Shown: positions 39,801 through 54,533 of the stretch, in pieces
How the letters are laid out: the number at the start of each line of letters is the position of its first letter
Position numbering within the stretch: position 1 is the stretch's first letter
Assembly: GCA_050273025.1 (NCBI GenBank)
Contig: CP158635.1
Span: 868,001-932,000 of the forward strand
From: Cenococcum geophilum
Taxonomy: Eukaryota
DNA: 64,000 nucleotides
Direction: 5' to 3'
The notes under the pieces: generated by a model
What the model saw: the letters and a program-made list of their open reading frames with translations, nothing else
Databases searched by the model: none
Told to the model about the DNA's origin: nothing
Program-made: the position numbers and the translations under genes

Positions 39801-40891
39801 CAGACCTGCGGAGGATAGGCCGGATAGGCCTCTCGGATAATAGGCCTATCAGCTGATAGTATCCGGAGACTATCCGGATAGTCTCCGGATAGTCTTGGCA
39901 AAATCCCCTTAATATGCTTACACTTGTAATGCACCTCCCAATATTAAATAAATAAATTTTCTATTAGTATAGATTTATAGAGCTTATAAAGCGCTTTAAA
40001 ATGGTATTACTTTTATCTAAATATCCTAAGGGTAAGTAATATTATATAGATATAAAGCTTACAAGAGCTCTGCGGAACAAGGCTTTAGGGGAGCCGCGCA
40101 CAGAGCTCTACCAAAGCTCTGCACGAAGCTCTGTATACGGAGGCTCTACACGAAGCTCTACGTATAGAGGCTCTGCACGAAGCTTTACGTACGGAGGCTC
40201 TACACGAAGCTCTGCACGAAGCTCTGCGTACGGAGGCTCTGCGTATGGAGGCTCTGCACGAAGCTCTGCGTACGGAGACTCTGCGTATGGAGGCTCTGCA
40301 CGAAGCTCTGCGTACGGAGACTCTGCGTATGGGGGCTCTGCATGAAGCTCTGCATATGGAGGCTCTGCACGAAGCTCTGCGTATGGAGGCTCTGCACGAA
40401 GCTCTGCGCATGGAGGCTCTGCACGAAGCTCTGCGCATGGAGGCTCTGCACGAAGCTCTGCGTACGGAGGCTCTGCACGGGGCTCTGCGTATGGAGACTC
40501 TGCACGAAGCTCTACACGAAGCTCTGCATGAAGCTTTTATATAGAGCCTCCGTAGTAGAGCTGTCGTACGCAGAACCGTCGTACGCAGAGCCGTCGCGCA
40601 GAGCCTCTGCACGTAGAGATTCGTGTAGATCCTCGTATAAAGCCTTATATAAAGCTTTTATATACAGAGCCTCTATATAATAAAATAATATTTAATTAAA
40701 AATATTTATAACTACTTAGCTAATAAATATTAATTTTATTATAGACATCTAGACCTCTCTAAGCTTTAAATAATTATATATTAAGAAATATAGCTAAGGC
40801 TATCTAAAGACTATCCAGATAGTCTCCGAATACTATTAGCTAATAGGTCTATTATCTAAGAGGCCTATCTAGTCTATCCTTTATAAGTCTA
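39801..40891. mobile_element. MITE-like non-autonomous element with ~100-bp terminal inverted repeats
   Basis: 39801-39900 (CAGACCTGCGGAGGATAGGCCGGATAGG...) is the reverse complement of 40793-40891 apart from mostly RIP-type transitions. Confidence 0.7.
40100..40535. repeat. Minisatellite of 12-bp (GAAGCTCTGCAC) and 15-bp (GGAGGCTCTGCGTAT) subunits, ~27-bp period
   Basis: Directly visible; explains the four repetitive ORFs in the ORF track. Confidence 0.95.
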
Positions 40892-41228
40892 TTAAAGATA
40901 TACTTATAAAGAATAAACTATCCTATTTAGTTAGGCGGATAATAATCCTATCTAAGGATAGCCTAGATATAATATCTAGATAAGGCTTAGTATCTATAGA
41001 ATTTTAACTATAAAACTAAATCTTTTATTTCTATTATATAACACTATAAATATAGCTAGCACTAGGCTTTATATAAAGCTATATATGTAAAGCTTCTATA
41101 TATAGAGTCTTTAATATAGAGCGTCGCATAGAGCTCTATATGTAAAGCCTCTATATATATAGCCTTTATATATAGAGCGTTATATAGAGCGTCCTATAGA
41201 GCGTCTATATATAGAGTATTATGCAGAG

Positions 41229-44200
41229 TGTTAGCGACTCAGTTAATCGAGACATAAGCACGGCAAAAGGGTCTGTCACAGCACTGACCTAACGCATACT
41301 GTTTTATACTGTCTCGTACTGTTTCCTACTATTAGCTAGCCTACCACTAGCGACTTGGCGGCCGGCCCTACTATTTATATATAATACCCCCTTTCCACCT
41401 TCTTCCCCTCTTTATACCATAACGTAGTTATTTAGTCTACTTTATTGCAGCACTGTAACAGTTTATAGTATCTTTAATTTGCGCCCCATCGCGATCACTA
41501 ACTCCTTATACCCTAGCCAATTAACCTCCGCCCTAGAGCAATCGCGACCTGCGCACGCCTCTACTAAAACCGATATATCCCCAGCACAGTCCTAAAACGA
41601 TTTTTAGTTTTTACCTAGCGCCTAGATAGGCAACACTAACGATGCCAAAATGACCGAAACCTAAAACCCCCGCGACGTCTTTGCAGACCTCTTTATAGAG
41701 ATATACCCTAATATTATATAGACAATCCGCCGCTCCCTACTATACCCTAAGACCTTTAAGCCCAGCAAAGCTTACCTTACCCTTATTAACTATACTAATA
41801 AGTTCCTTAATAATATTAAAGTAGGACTATAGTGTATATATAATATAAACACCGCTAATAAAAAAGCTAACAAAAACCTTAGTACCCTTATCGCTTCCTA
41901 GATAGGAACTATTAACTCCTAGGCAGAGACTATTACCGTTCTAAAATAATTAACCCCTATAACAACAGTAGCAACCTAGTAAAAAAAATGGAGATCTAAA
42001 GACCTACTAATATTTAGCGGAAAAGGTACCCCGCTAGAATAATAAGCTAATTTTAAGACCTAGCATATTAAGATTAAGGGAGTTTTTAACTGGGACTGGG
42101 ATTACTTTAACATAGTTTAGTCCTAGATCCTTTATATCTCGGATATACTAGAGAATAAGGCCTATAAGTTTATTAAGTAGGGCCTAGAGCTTATATATAA
42201 GAACCTAAACAATATATCTGCGTGGAAATGGCCTACTAAGGAAGATATACTTAAAGACCTTACTGCCTACTATGAGGTCCTTAATATAACCTAAGTTGTA
42301 AAGAATAAGCTTAACCATTTCCCCTAGGGCGAGCGTAATTACTAGTCCTAAAAGGGAGAGCTTAATAAGCTAATAGTCCGCGTTAAGAAGATAGATAAAT
42401 AGAAGGTAGACCTACTCTAAAAGTTTATCTCTCTAAAGATAGAAGAGCTAGTACTTAGACTTACCTACAAAATTAATAATAGCAACTATATAGGTTAAAG
42501 CAAGCAAATAGATGTGTTTGCTAAGAACTTTGCGAACTATATACACTAAGCTAACCTTAAGAAAAACGCTAACTACCGCCTACCTGCCTAAGCCCCCGCC
42601 CCTATATTAACCCTAACCCTAGTAGTAACTAGAGAACCTATAGACCTTAATAGAATCTTAGACATAGAGCGTAAGTACCGCGTTAATAATAGACTGTACC
42701 TTACCTGTGGCCTACCTAGCTACTAAAAGGATACCTATAACCCCGCTAAGATAGCAAACCTAGTCCTAATGCTACCCTATTAAATAATGCGAACTAATAA
42801 CCGCGGATGCGGTAACCGTAGAGTTTATTATAGACGCGGCAACCGCAAAGCCTATTATAGCCGCGGCGGATGACCCCCCCCCTTTAACCCTATGGCTTAG
42901 TTACTCTAAACCATGCCCTATATAGGAGCCTAACCCGTTAATAACGCCTAGTATTAGCGACTTTGCGCTAGCAAATATAAACACGGCCACGTCGTTGGTA
43001 AGGTATTGTCTTTTTATACCCTAACTAAAACTAAAACCGATACCGCTAGTTAGACGGACACTAGACCACCCTACTAAGACAGCTTTGTACCCTAGTTATT
43101 AAAAGGTAAACCCTTAAACTAAGTTATATTTAAGGGTTTAAACTATATAAGGAGGAAGATAAGAAGATTAGGTCCCTATTACTAGATTAATTAGTCCTTT
43201 CTATTAGTAAACTACTACTTAATCTTAGATTAGTAAATAGTAATAAGAAATTAATCCTTATTTAAACCCAACTCTTCTTATTACGTAGCCTATACCCCTA
43301 AGTTTATATTAATATAGTAAGTCTAGTGGACTTTAGTAGTACTGTAATGGCATTTACTAATATAGAGTCTATTATAAGAAAGTATAATGTTATAATTAAG
43401 AAGCTACTAGCACCTAGGCTACTGCGCCTCGCAAATAGTATTCCAACTTTGCTTATTACGGACTACTTTACCACCTAAATATTAATCGGCCTCTATACTA
43501 AAGCTATACTCTTTTTTATTACTAAACTCTCGCCTACTACCCTAATTATCCTAGGTATACCCTAGCTTCAGAAGTACGAGCCCCGTCCTAGCTTTAGGAA
43601 ACTTAAGATCTGCTTTAACTTAGACTACTACTCTAAGCACTACCTCCTATAGGGGATAGCCAATGTTAGTAGGGACGCCCTATGTAGATACTTAGTACTA
43701 CTAAGCCTAGTGCCTAAGACTATATATAAAGCCCTAATAGTAAAAGACGTTCTTAATAAAGGAGAGCCCGTATAACTGTAAAGAAATAAAATAGTAGAAG
43801 ACTGGACTACCCTAGTACTTAAGACTAAAATGATGGGCTAGCCAGCCCTACTAAGACTAAGGAAGAAGGTTTGCTTTATACCGCTACTATTAAGAATTTA
43901 ACCCTAACCTAGGCACTATTTAAACCCTAGCCGCCTAGCCCAATACCTAGAACTAAGCTATATGCTATATACGTACACTATAGCTCGCGTTATAGCAAGG
44001 ATTGGCTATAAAACTACTAAGACCCAGATAATAAAAACCGCGCCACTGTAACGCCTAACCTTGTACCCGTCTCCCGCGCGTACTATATAGGGCCGCCGCC
44101 TTATTTCCGCCCCCCTAGGCTAACTAAGCTGTGCTAGCCTAGCTATAACACTAAAGAACTAGACACGCCCCAACCTAGACAATATTAAATGCACTTATGC

Positions 44201-47200
44201 TATTAATTTCACCTAGTTTTATAAATAAAAAGATATAAAGGTAATAAGGATCTATATAGCGGAGCTAGTAGAACTAGTTAAATAAAATAAGCACTAATAG
44301 CTGCTTAAAGAGCTGCCTATAGGCCTAATAGAAGTACCGAACCTATTAGAAAGGTCTTTTCGCCAACTAGTAAAAGGCAACTATACAATAAAGGAAGCCT
44401 ATAAAGTGCTTTCCCCCTATTTCTATAACTTCCTTAAAATAAATCTAAAAACTAAACCTAAGCTTTTACGTTAGAAGATAGTTAATACTAATATTAAAAA
44501 ATTCCTAAAAGGCAAACTGGGATTAACTCGCGAAGATATTTTATAACGCCTACTAAAGGAGTTTAGTAAATATATTAAGCACTTCCTCCCTAAAAACGTA
44601 GATAAGCTGCCCCCTTACCAACTATAGGACTATAAAATTAAGATTACCCCCGGAAACTAGGCCTTATACTATAAAAACAGACCACTTTTACTTGCTAAAC
44701 TTAGGTGTGTAAAAAAGTGGATTAATAAGATGCTAGATAAGGGTTTTATCCGCAAATTAACCTCACTAGCTACTATACCACTCCTCCTCGCTACTAAGCC
44801 TGGCGGTAGTATATAAATCTACTATAATTACTAAGGCCTAAACATAGTTACTATTAAGAATTAATACCCACTACTACTAATCCGCGAGACACTTAACGCA
44901 CTCTATAGTACTAAGTACTTTACTAAACTTAATATAATTGCTGCGTTTAACCGAATCCGGATTGTGGAGGGCTATAAGTAGCTTATAGCATTTATTACCC
45001 GGTTTGGACTCTATAAAATACTAGTTATACTATTTAGCCTCTATAACGCACCCGCTATATTTTAAAACTATATTAACTATATTCTACATAACGCCCTTAA
45101 TAACTACTATACTGCCTATCTTAATAACGTCCTTATCTTTTCTAAAACACGCGCTAAGTACACTAAGTATATAAATAAAGTTATCTAAAGACTTGGCAAT
45201 GCTAAACTTTATATTAATATTAATAAGTCTAAGTTCTACTCTACTAAAACAAAATACCTCGGCTTAATTATCTTGACTAATAGTATAACTATAGACCCTA
45301 AGAAGGTATAGGCCTTATAAAAATAGAAGGACCCGATATCAATTAAAGAACTATAATAATTTCTTAGCTTCGCGAACTTCTACTAATAATTTATCTAAGG
45401 CTACTCTACTATTGCTACACCTATAATAAAACTCCTAAAGAAGGATATCGGATGGCTATAGGGACTAAAATAAGCTAAATCATTTAAGGCCCTTAAGGAA
45501 GCCTTTACTTTAGCACTAGTACTAATATACTATAACTATATAAAGAAAACAGTGGTAGAGACAGATATATCAAATTAGGCTTCCGGCGGAGTCCTTTCCC
45601 AGTATAATAATAACAGAAAATTAAAACTGGTCGCATTCTTCTCCGCAAAGTACTCTACGCTAAAGTATAACTATAAGATCTATAATAAAGAACTCTTAGC
45701 TATTATTAAGGCTTTAGAGGAATAGCGCCCTAAGCTATAAGGGACTAAGGAGCTGTTTAAAATTATTACCGACTACAAGAACCTATAGATGTTTATAACT
45801 ACTAAGTAGCTAAACTAGCGCTAAGTCTAGTAGGCAGAGTTCCTTTTATAGTTTAACTTTGTAATTATATACAGACCTAGCAGTAAAGCCACGCTCCCTA
45901 ACGCCCTAAGCTGGCTACTAGGAATAAGGCTTAAGGACACTAATAATAAACGCCTCCGCCACTAAGCCTAAGTTGTTATACCACCCTAAAAAGTTAACCC
46001 TATAATCTTAGAAAAATTACTATATAAGTCCCGTAACTCTAATAACGCAAAGTTTATAGCCGCTCTAGACCCTAAAATAGCTAAAAAGTTACTAGATAAG
46101 TTAATTTGGCTAGGATACTAGGAGAACAAACTCGCAAGAAATATAGTAGCAGCCCTATATAATCGGAAAGCTTACTATTAGCTAAAGAAGATTAGGAAAC
46201 TACTCTATTGCGATAAGTTAGAATATAGTATCGTTAATAGATAGATCTACTTCCGCTAACGTCTCTTCGTCCCTAACGCCCTAGACCTTCGCCTAGAAGT
46301 TACCTATCGCTTTTATAGCAGCGGCCCCGCTAGTTACCCTAGCTAGGTTAAAACTTTTAACCTCTTAAACCGAATATACTAGTGGCTAGGAATCTCCTAG
46401 TTCACGGCTACTTTTGTTAAAGATTATGCCCTATACTTTCGCACTAAGACCCCCCATTTTACCCCACCCGGTTTCCTAAAGCTACTAAAATTACCCGCCC
46501 GCCTATAGACCGATATCTTAATTAACTATATTATAACGCTACTAGTATACCAATGCCACGGTAAGGCATATGAATATATCCTTATTATTATAGACCGCCT
46601 AATTAAAATATAATACCTTGTCCTAGTAATAGGACTCTTAACAGAGGAGCTAGTTAATGGCTTTATTAACAACGTATATAAGCTCCACGGTATACTGAGC
46701 ACGATTATCTCTAATCATGGCATATAATTTGTTAGCGACTTCTAGTAACGACTAAGTAAACGCCTTAAGACAACCTTGTAACTAAGCTTAGCCTAATACC
46801 TAAAAACGGACGGCTAAACCGAAATTATTAACGCTGCCGTAAATAAATACCTTTGTGCTTTTGTTAGCTTTATATAGGACAACTAGGTTAACTACCTACC
46901 GCTTACTAAGTTTGCTACAAATAACCAAGTTAACAAGAGTATAGGTATCTCCCCATTTTTTGCAAACTATAGCTTTAACCCTCGCCTTAGAATTAAGCCT
47001 ACTGGCCCCCGCCTACTAACACTATTAGTATAAGCAAAGAAGGAGTTCTTTTATATAGACTCTATGGCTAACCGCTTTAAGCGGATATTAATATAGCTTA
47101 AGGCCCTAGCCCGGATTTTATAGTAACGCTATAAAGATAATGCTAATACCCGTAGGGATAAAAGCGCGTTATTCTACGAAGGCGATATAGTTATAGTTAG

Positions 47201-48362
47201 CTTAGAAAATATGAAGATAAATAGACCTAAAAAGAAATAGGACGACAAATGGGACGGCCTGTACCCCGTACTCGCAGTATACCGAGGGGTAGTCGTAGTA
47301 AACCTCCTAGACTACATCCGAGTAAATAAATCCTTTTATACATCTAAGGTCCGCCTCTAGGCTGCTAAAGAGATCCCTGGCTAAGCAAATATTAATACTA
47401 TAGAGCGTTATAATATACAAGGACGAGTAGTAGAAAGAGATAATAATGGCAATATAGAAGACAAATAGGAGTTTAAGAAATTTTTTAATGTATATAACGA
47501 AGACCCCTAGGGCCTAACTTATAAGATTAAATGGAAATATTATAAGGATACAACCTAGCAGCTAGAGGAAGACCTAAAGGGTTATAAATAAGCTGTACAG
47601 CGCTTCTATAAGTAACACCCTAAAAAGCTAGGACCCCTAGACTGGGTATAAGATAAGGAAAAGTTATACTAAGGTCGCGGTCAACCACCGTATTAAAATT
47701 TATGGTGATTAAAATGTTATAAAACTTTAACCAGCGGTTAAAGTTGTCTAATTAGCTAAATTCTCGCTAAGAAACGCTACGCGGATTAATTCGGGTGGCA
47801 GTATAGAGTTCTGCCAACCTTACTTACTAAACTAACTAATTAAGATTTTCTATGCCCGGCATGGAAAATTACTATTAGCTTGGTTAAGGGCGGTAAGCGG
47901 AACTAATATCTTTACGGTAAAAAATAGGCAACCCTATATACTGCCTATTTTTAAGTTATCTATTTAGTTTGGGGACCAAACTATCTAGGGGAGAGGAGTA
48001 CTATTACGGCACTAACCTGACGCATACTATTTCATACTATCTTGTACTATTTCCTACTGTTAGCTAGCCCACCACTAGCGACTTGGCGGCCGGCCCTACT
48101 ATTTATATACAATACCCCCTTTCTACCTTCTTCCCCTCTTCATACCATAACGTAGTTATTTAGTTTACTTTATTGCAGCACTGTAACAGGGTCGCGCAAG
48201 CCTATATAATTAGATTGTCTATAAACAAGAATCTAAAGCTAAAGAAAAGGAAAGGAAAGGATAAGCAGCAACGCGAGGAGTTATATATAATCCCCTAGTC
48301 ACGTAAGAGTTACGTAAGCCCTACGTCTACCATAGCTGCCGCTTTCTGCTAGTGCCGTAACA
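41229..48362. repeat. Solo LTR (~215 bp) split by Gypsy 3
   Basis: TGTTAG... at 41229-41273 resumes at 48194 and ends CGTAACA at 48362; flanked by CAGAG/TAGAG, a 5-bp TSD with one RIP change. Confidence 0.65.
41274..48188 (+). mobile_element. Ty3/Gypsy retrotransposon 3, full length, RIP-degraded
   Basis: 187-bp LTRs at 41274-41460 and 48002-48188; TSD GGGTC; RT AYLNNVLIFS (from YLDD) ~45113; RNase H; integrase; chromodomain-like YKIKWK...T*QLEEDL ~47520; polypurine tract before 48002. Confidence 0.95.
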
Positions 48363-48381
48363 TAGAGCGTTATATAGAGCG

Positions 48382-48516
48382 TTATCCCTTAACCCGTTAA
48401 TTTAGGTCCTACGGTTATCAATAAGGGACTAGCCAATTAGAGAACTTGGTTTAATACAAGTACCTAATTAAATCCAGTAGTAAATTCTCTAAGGACCCTA
48501 ACGTGTTAAGGGATAG
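48382..48516. mobile_element. Small MITE-like element (TIR CTATCCCTTAACACG)
   Basis: TTATCCCTTAACCCG...CGTGTTAAGGGATAG followed by TA; a related single end lies at 39639-39700, preceded by TA. Confidence 0.55.
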
Positions 48517-48965
48517 TATATTAGTGCTACGTATTAGTAAAGCCTTAGAGATCTAAATAGGGCTTTAAGCAGAGCTTTATAGAGAGCTTTTGCAGAGCTT
48601 CGTGTAGAGCTTTATATAGAGCCTCTACTATCTACTATAAAAGATCGGTAAAAATCGCTAAGCCGTAGCGGCGTGTATTGTCCTCTATTAAAACAATATA
48701 CCCCCTATAGCCCCACTAATATAACTCTATATTTTATAAATAGAGTCCTATTCTATAGCTCTATTTTAGGGCTATAAAATAAGCTATTATTTATTGACCC
48801 GAGGTACGAGTGGTCTATATATTCGGGTCCTAGATTTTAAACTTTGCTAAGCCTGCTTCTAATTGGTTCAAAAAAAAAAAAAAGTTGCGGACGGTAAGTT
48901 ATAGCAGAATTCACGTGACGAACTTTAAAATATTAGAACATTAAAATATTATACACGTACCTTTT

Positions 48966-51900
48966 GAGATCAGCCTTTTGGAGGACGGAGCTCGATTATC
49001 TATATTATACACCCCCCCCCTAATACGCAGTATTTAAGTTAAGAGAGGGAAGATAGAGACGATAGAGGGGGAAGGAGGCTTGTTACGTCAATCGTGTTGG
49101 GAACACGTTAAGACAGCCAAGGCCTTTAAACACGATAGTTACGAGAGTAATATAAAAGATACGGTTCACGTGGCAGCAGTAGCCCCTAGGGCACCACGAT
49201 CGAAGCATATAGGGAAAAAACTACGTCCTAAGGATTAGATAGGGTTAATAAGAAACCGCGTAATAGCTAAAAAGAGAGCAGAGCAATCAGTAATAATAGC
49301 TATTATAGCAAACTAAGTAATAACTAAGAAGATAAATACAACAAGTATACAGATTAAGGTGCTAACTAACCTAGTTATATTACTACTAGGGGCAATAAAG
49401 GAACAGAAAGAGGCATAAGCAAACTAAATTAAAGCTCTTACCGAAATATTCATAGAGCAAATTAACGCGCTTAGAGTAGAGGTTATAGAAAAGATGGAGG
49501 TAATCTAGACCTAACTGTTTAATATTTAAACACCACTAAGCGCGGATCCGTTGTACGTGGAGGTTGCCTATATACCGCCAAACAGTCAACTAAGCAACTT
49601 AACGTCCTTCCCATTAAGGAATACTATACCATTAACTATCACCGATACGCTATACTGCATAGTTAATATATCTAGAGTTAAAGAAGAAAATAAGAATGAA
49701 GCATAACTGGGGGTAATTAGGTAAGCAATTAAAAATGGTATATACATAACGGAAGGCCACAAGAGCTAGCGCTATACAGCAGTAATTAAAGACCCCAGGA
49801 ACCCCGTACGCATTAGGATAACTTATAGGAATAAAGTTAAGCTTTAATATATAAAAGAAGCGGCCTAAAAGACCTTAGCACCTAGTGTTTGGGTACTGTA
49901 AGACTAGCTCTACCTAGTAAAAATTAACAACGCTAACTAAACAGCAGTTCTTAACCAGGAAGGAAAGATTTAAGATAAAGTAGTGGAGGTGCTAGGAAAA
50001 GAGAATAATGTATACATAGCCCAGATAGGATGGCTTAGTAAAAAAGACATAGGAAAGGTATATGGATTAATGGTTGTATATATTACTAAAAGTAGTAAGG
50101 CAGCACGGTTACTATAGGATTAATACTTTTATATTATAGGGGAATCAGCCTACATTAGAACCTATAAACCTAAAAGCGGTCTAACGCAATACTACTAGTG
50201 TTAGACACTAGGACATAAAGCATTTATATACACAAGACCGCAAGTATATACTAGATGCGCTTAAGAAGGACATTATTATAACAACTGCTAAGGATAGATT
50301 TTAAAGTGCATACCTTGCGGAGGACCACATGAATTATTTAGTAAAAATTATCAAGTGCTTTATCCTACCCGCTATACATAAGACACTTTAGGTACTTTAA
50401 CTAAATGTCTAAAAGTAGAGTATAGTACAGCAGAGCCTAATAAACGATAAACAACTAAAAGACTTTGGAGTGTTAGTAATATCAGAGCTATACGTATAGA
50501 AAACGGATAATATAGTTGTAATAGTCCCTATAGGACACCTAAATTAGACTAAGGTAATACCCACGGCCTAGTATAAAGAGAGGTGGGCGGTATAGAGCAT
50601 GCTATAGATTTGAAAAGACATTAAGGCCGTATAGGTGCCAGTATAATCAGCAGACCTTACCGCGGCAGTGCTGCGCCTTCCCAATAGATTAGTACTGGTG
50701 GTATTAGTATACATTAAGGAAAAGAATACAGAAGCACTATAGGATATAACTAGTAAACTATGCTAACTAATCTAAGAAATATAGAACAAGATAGGTATAT
50801 AAACCGATATAATACTCACAGGAGACTTTAATCGGCACGATTAGCTATGGGGAGGAAATGACGTCTTGCTAGCAAGATAGGAAGAAGCCAACCCAATTAT
50901 TAATCTTATAGGAAATCACTCCCTGTATAGCCTGCTGCCTAGGGATATAAAAATATAGTAAAATGGCAACTGTAAGACAACGATTAACCTAATCCTAGCA
51001 TTAGATAAGCTAGCATCTATAATGGTAAAGTGCACTATACATAAGACAGAACACGGATCTAATTATAGGGCAATTAAGATAATATTTAATATTACGGTCC
51101 CTAAACGCGCTATAGAATAGAGAATGCTTTTTAAGAATATATTATAGAATAAAATTAGGAATAGGATTGCTACCGCCCTCCGTATTATCCTAGTGGACGG
51201 TAGAGTATAGTAGCAAACAGACCGGCTTATGGAGGTAGTGCTAGAGGCAGTCTACGTATTAACTCCGAAATTTAGACCGTCACTATATATAAAAAGGTGG
51301 TGGATAATAGACATTATAAAGCTCCGCCGGGTATACACTTACTAGAGAAACTAGGCAAAGAACCAATGCTAAGTGGGCCAGATAGTACCAGAACTAGAGC
51401 AATAAGTAAAGGAGGCCTTAAAGGAATACTATAATGCAATACGGAAACAGAAAAGGACATATTGGAACGACTTCCTGGCCGATAATATAAATATTTAGTA
51501 AGCAGCAAAATACCTTAACCTAAGCGGCAACTTAGTGTTTAATAAGATACCACTATTAGTAAGGATAGATAGATCTACTATAAAAGGCAAAGATAAGCAA
51601 GCAGCGGAGCTATTAACTATATTCTTTCCCCTGCTGCTAGCAGAAATAGAGGACAAGGGTCTACGGCCTCAATAAACGCCAACACCAATACCGCGTCTTA
51701 TAATGGAAGAGGTAGAACGGAAGATATTTGCGGCAAAGCCTTAGAAAGCGCTAGGGGACAACGGCCTACTAGCAATAGTGTAAAGGCAGATATGGCCGGT
51801 AATAAAAGATAGGGTCCTACTCCTCTTTCAGACCTCACTAGACGAGGGCAACCATCCTAACCAATAGAGAAATGCTAAGATTATACCGCTTAAGAAGCTA

Positions 51901-54469
51901 AATAAAGGAGACTATATAAAGGCAAGGGCATAGAGGCCTATCTCTCTGCTATCTACGTTAGGTAAGGTGCTAGAGTCTATAGTTACCAAAAGAATATCGC
52001 ACGCGGTAGAGACCTTTGGACTACTACCTATAAATTACTTTAGGGTAAGGAAGAAGCGCTCTACTAAATAGGCGCTACTACTACTGCAAGAATATATCTA
52101 CAACGCATAAAGGTCTAAGAAGGTGCTTAGCCTTATTAGCTTTAATATAAAGGGTATATATAACGGAGTATATAAAGAGAGGCTACTACAGAGGCTTATA
52201 GCAAGAGGTATACCGCCAGTGCTAGTGCGGTGGATTAATGCATTCTGCTCTAATCGTATAGCGACTATCTTAGTTAACGGCCATACCTCCAACTAGTAAC
52301 AGTTACTACAAGTAGAACTACCGTAAGGATCGCCGCTCTTGCTAATACTATTCCTCTTTTTTAACGCCGATCTAGTCTAGCACCGGCTTAATATAAAGGG
52401 AGGCTTAATGGCGTTTGTGGATAACTATAATGCATAAGTTACAGGACTATCGGCAGTAGTAAACTGCAAAGGTATTTAGGCTATTATTAATAGAGCAATA
52501 AACTGGGAGAAACGAAGCGGCGTAACGTTTAAAGGTAAAAAGACTATACTAATACACTTTATAAGAAACGCGGACCGGACTAATACTACCCCGTTTATAA
52601 TTAAAGGAAAAATAGTTATACTAGGGCATATAGCTAAGATCCTAGGGGTAGTTATAAATGCGGAGCTTTAGTATAAGCAATATATCGCAAAAGTAGCCAC
52701 TAAGGGCCTTATCGCAGCTATAGCACTAAAGAGACTTTAGATAGTATCCCCTTTAACTATAAAACAACTATTTAGGGCAACAGTAGCGCCGGCGGTGGAC
52801 TACGCCTTAAATATCTAGATACACGCCTATAGGGGTTCCGCTATAGCCGCAATAAATAAAGTACAAAAAATTAGAGCGTAGGCAATTATAGGAACTTTCT
52901 ATACAGTAGCTACGGTTATTGGGGAGGCCGAAATAAGTATACGGTTAGTACACAAGCGGTATTTAGAAAGGGCCACTAAGTTATAGGTTAACCTTAATAC
53001 GCTATATAAGACGAACCCGCTCTTAAGGCTCCGCATAAAGGTGCTCTAGAGGTTCACGTCCCTACTATAGAAGATAGCCTATATACATTAATATACACCA
53101 ACAGATAAGATGGAGGTTATTCAGCCCTACGTAGTACCACTATAGGAGGACCGACTGCCTATAAGTATTAACCTAGATAAAGATAGGGTAACTAAAGCCG
53201 CTAACTCTACCTAAGGTATATAGATCGCAACAAGCTTGTCTAGGAGGAGAGGCATAGTAGGAATAAAAGGTGTTATCTATAACACCCTTAGTAATACGCT
53301 AAATAGGGAAGCTGTTATATACTTAATTACACTAGAACTAAAAGTAGAACAGAACCTATATATAGCTAAACTAGCGGCAATATTAATGGTAATAAGGTGC
53401 TTACCGCCAGATCTATAAGAGAGATAGATTACTATATTTACTAGTAATTAGGCAGCACTACTAGCAATTAGCCAACCTAAGTAATAATCCGGCTAAATAA
53501 GTATTGCATAGATCTATAACACAGCCCATATATTAAGGCAAAGAAGTAACTATTTTCTTATTACATGGGTCCCTTAAGGGGAGTTCAAACTAGGCAAGAA
53601 GGCAAAAGTAGCAGCACGGCGAGCCACTACATAAGGACGCCTACCGTGAGGACAACAATACTAGGCTAAGGCTATAATAATAAACACCACAAGAACAAAA
53701 CAGTGGGGTAGGAAAACACTACTAGAAAAAGTAGGAAGGTATTTAAGAAAAATAGATATAGTACTACCAGGTAAACATACCCGTAGGCTATATAACTCCC
53801 TTAAGCAAGAAAAGGTAAACGTGTTAGCCTAGTTATAGACAGGAATAATATAACTTAATAGGTATCTACACCATATTAAAGCGGTAGAATTAGATTAATA
53901 TAATTACGGATAGGCAAGAGAAACAGTTAAATACTTTCTCTTTAGGTGTATAAAATGGACATTATATTAAGAGCAAATACTACAGCAAACAGACATAAGA
54001 AGAGGCAGCTTATCCTTCTATCTTAGGGGGAAGGCGTTAAGCAACTCTAGACAGTAGACACTAAACGTAGACGCGGTCCGAGCGATAGTAAAATACGCAA
54101 TAGCCACCAGACAACTTAAGGCAGAATTAAATTAATAACCCGTCCACTATAGTCAGAAACTTCCCCCCCCTCCTCTACGCTTTAACCAACCCATACTACG
54201 CACCCTCATGCCACCAGCAGATCTCGCTTTAATCGCCGAAGATAGGACACTAAATACTTGGAGGAACAGCCCCCCAAGACCACCTGCTACTAACTACCTA
54301 CAAGATCTCGTAGAATAAGGCATAAGTAACACTAGGGAATACTAAATAAGGCATATATACGGGCTTGTACGAGAATATAGCAAGACTAAAGGAAGCGTAA
54401 TTATGTAATATAGTACTAGTGCCCTTTAGGCTTAGTGCCTCCGGGCGAAATAAACTTCATCATCATCAT
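48966..54469 (+). mobile_element. Full-length Tad1-like LINE with RNase H, RIP-degraded
   Basis: 12-bp TSD CACGTACCTTTT (48954-48965 and 54470-54481); AATAAA plus (CAT)n tail; ORF1 ~49135-50380 with three zinc knuckles; ORF2 ~50380-54135 with endonuclease GDFNRH, RT RPISLLSTLGKVLES, P*GSPL, AFVDN(D)Y and RNase H motifs. Confidence 0.95.
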
Positions 54470-54533
54470 CACGTACCTTTTTGTTGACGTATTTGTTAAT
54501 ATCTCTATTAATACCACTATATATACCGTAAAT

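Noticed and set aside
40100..40535. CRISPR-like appearance of the repeat array
   Set aside because: No unique spacers, no cas genes, eukaryotic context
40085..40680. Four overlapping repetitive ORFs (RRASCRAS, MEALHEALR, QSLHTQSFV, RLCTKLC)
   Set aside because: Artefacts of a minisatellite whose subunits are multiples of 3 and lack stops; open on both strands
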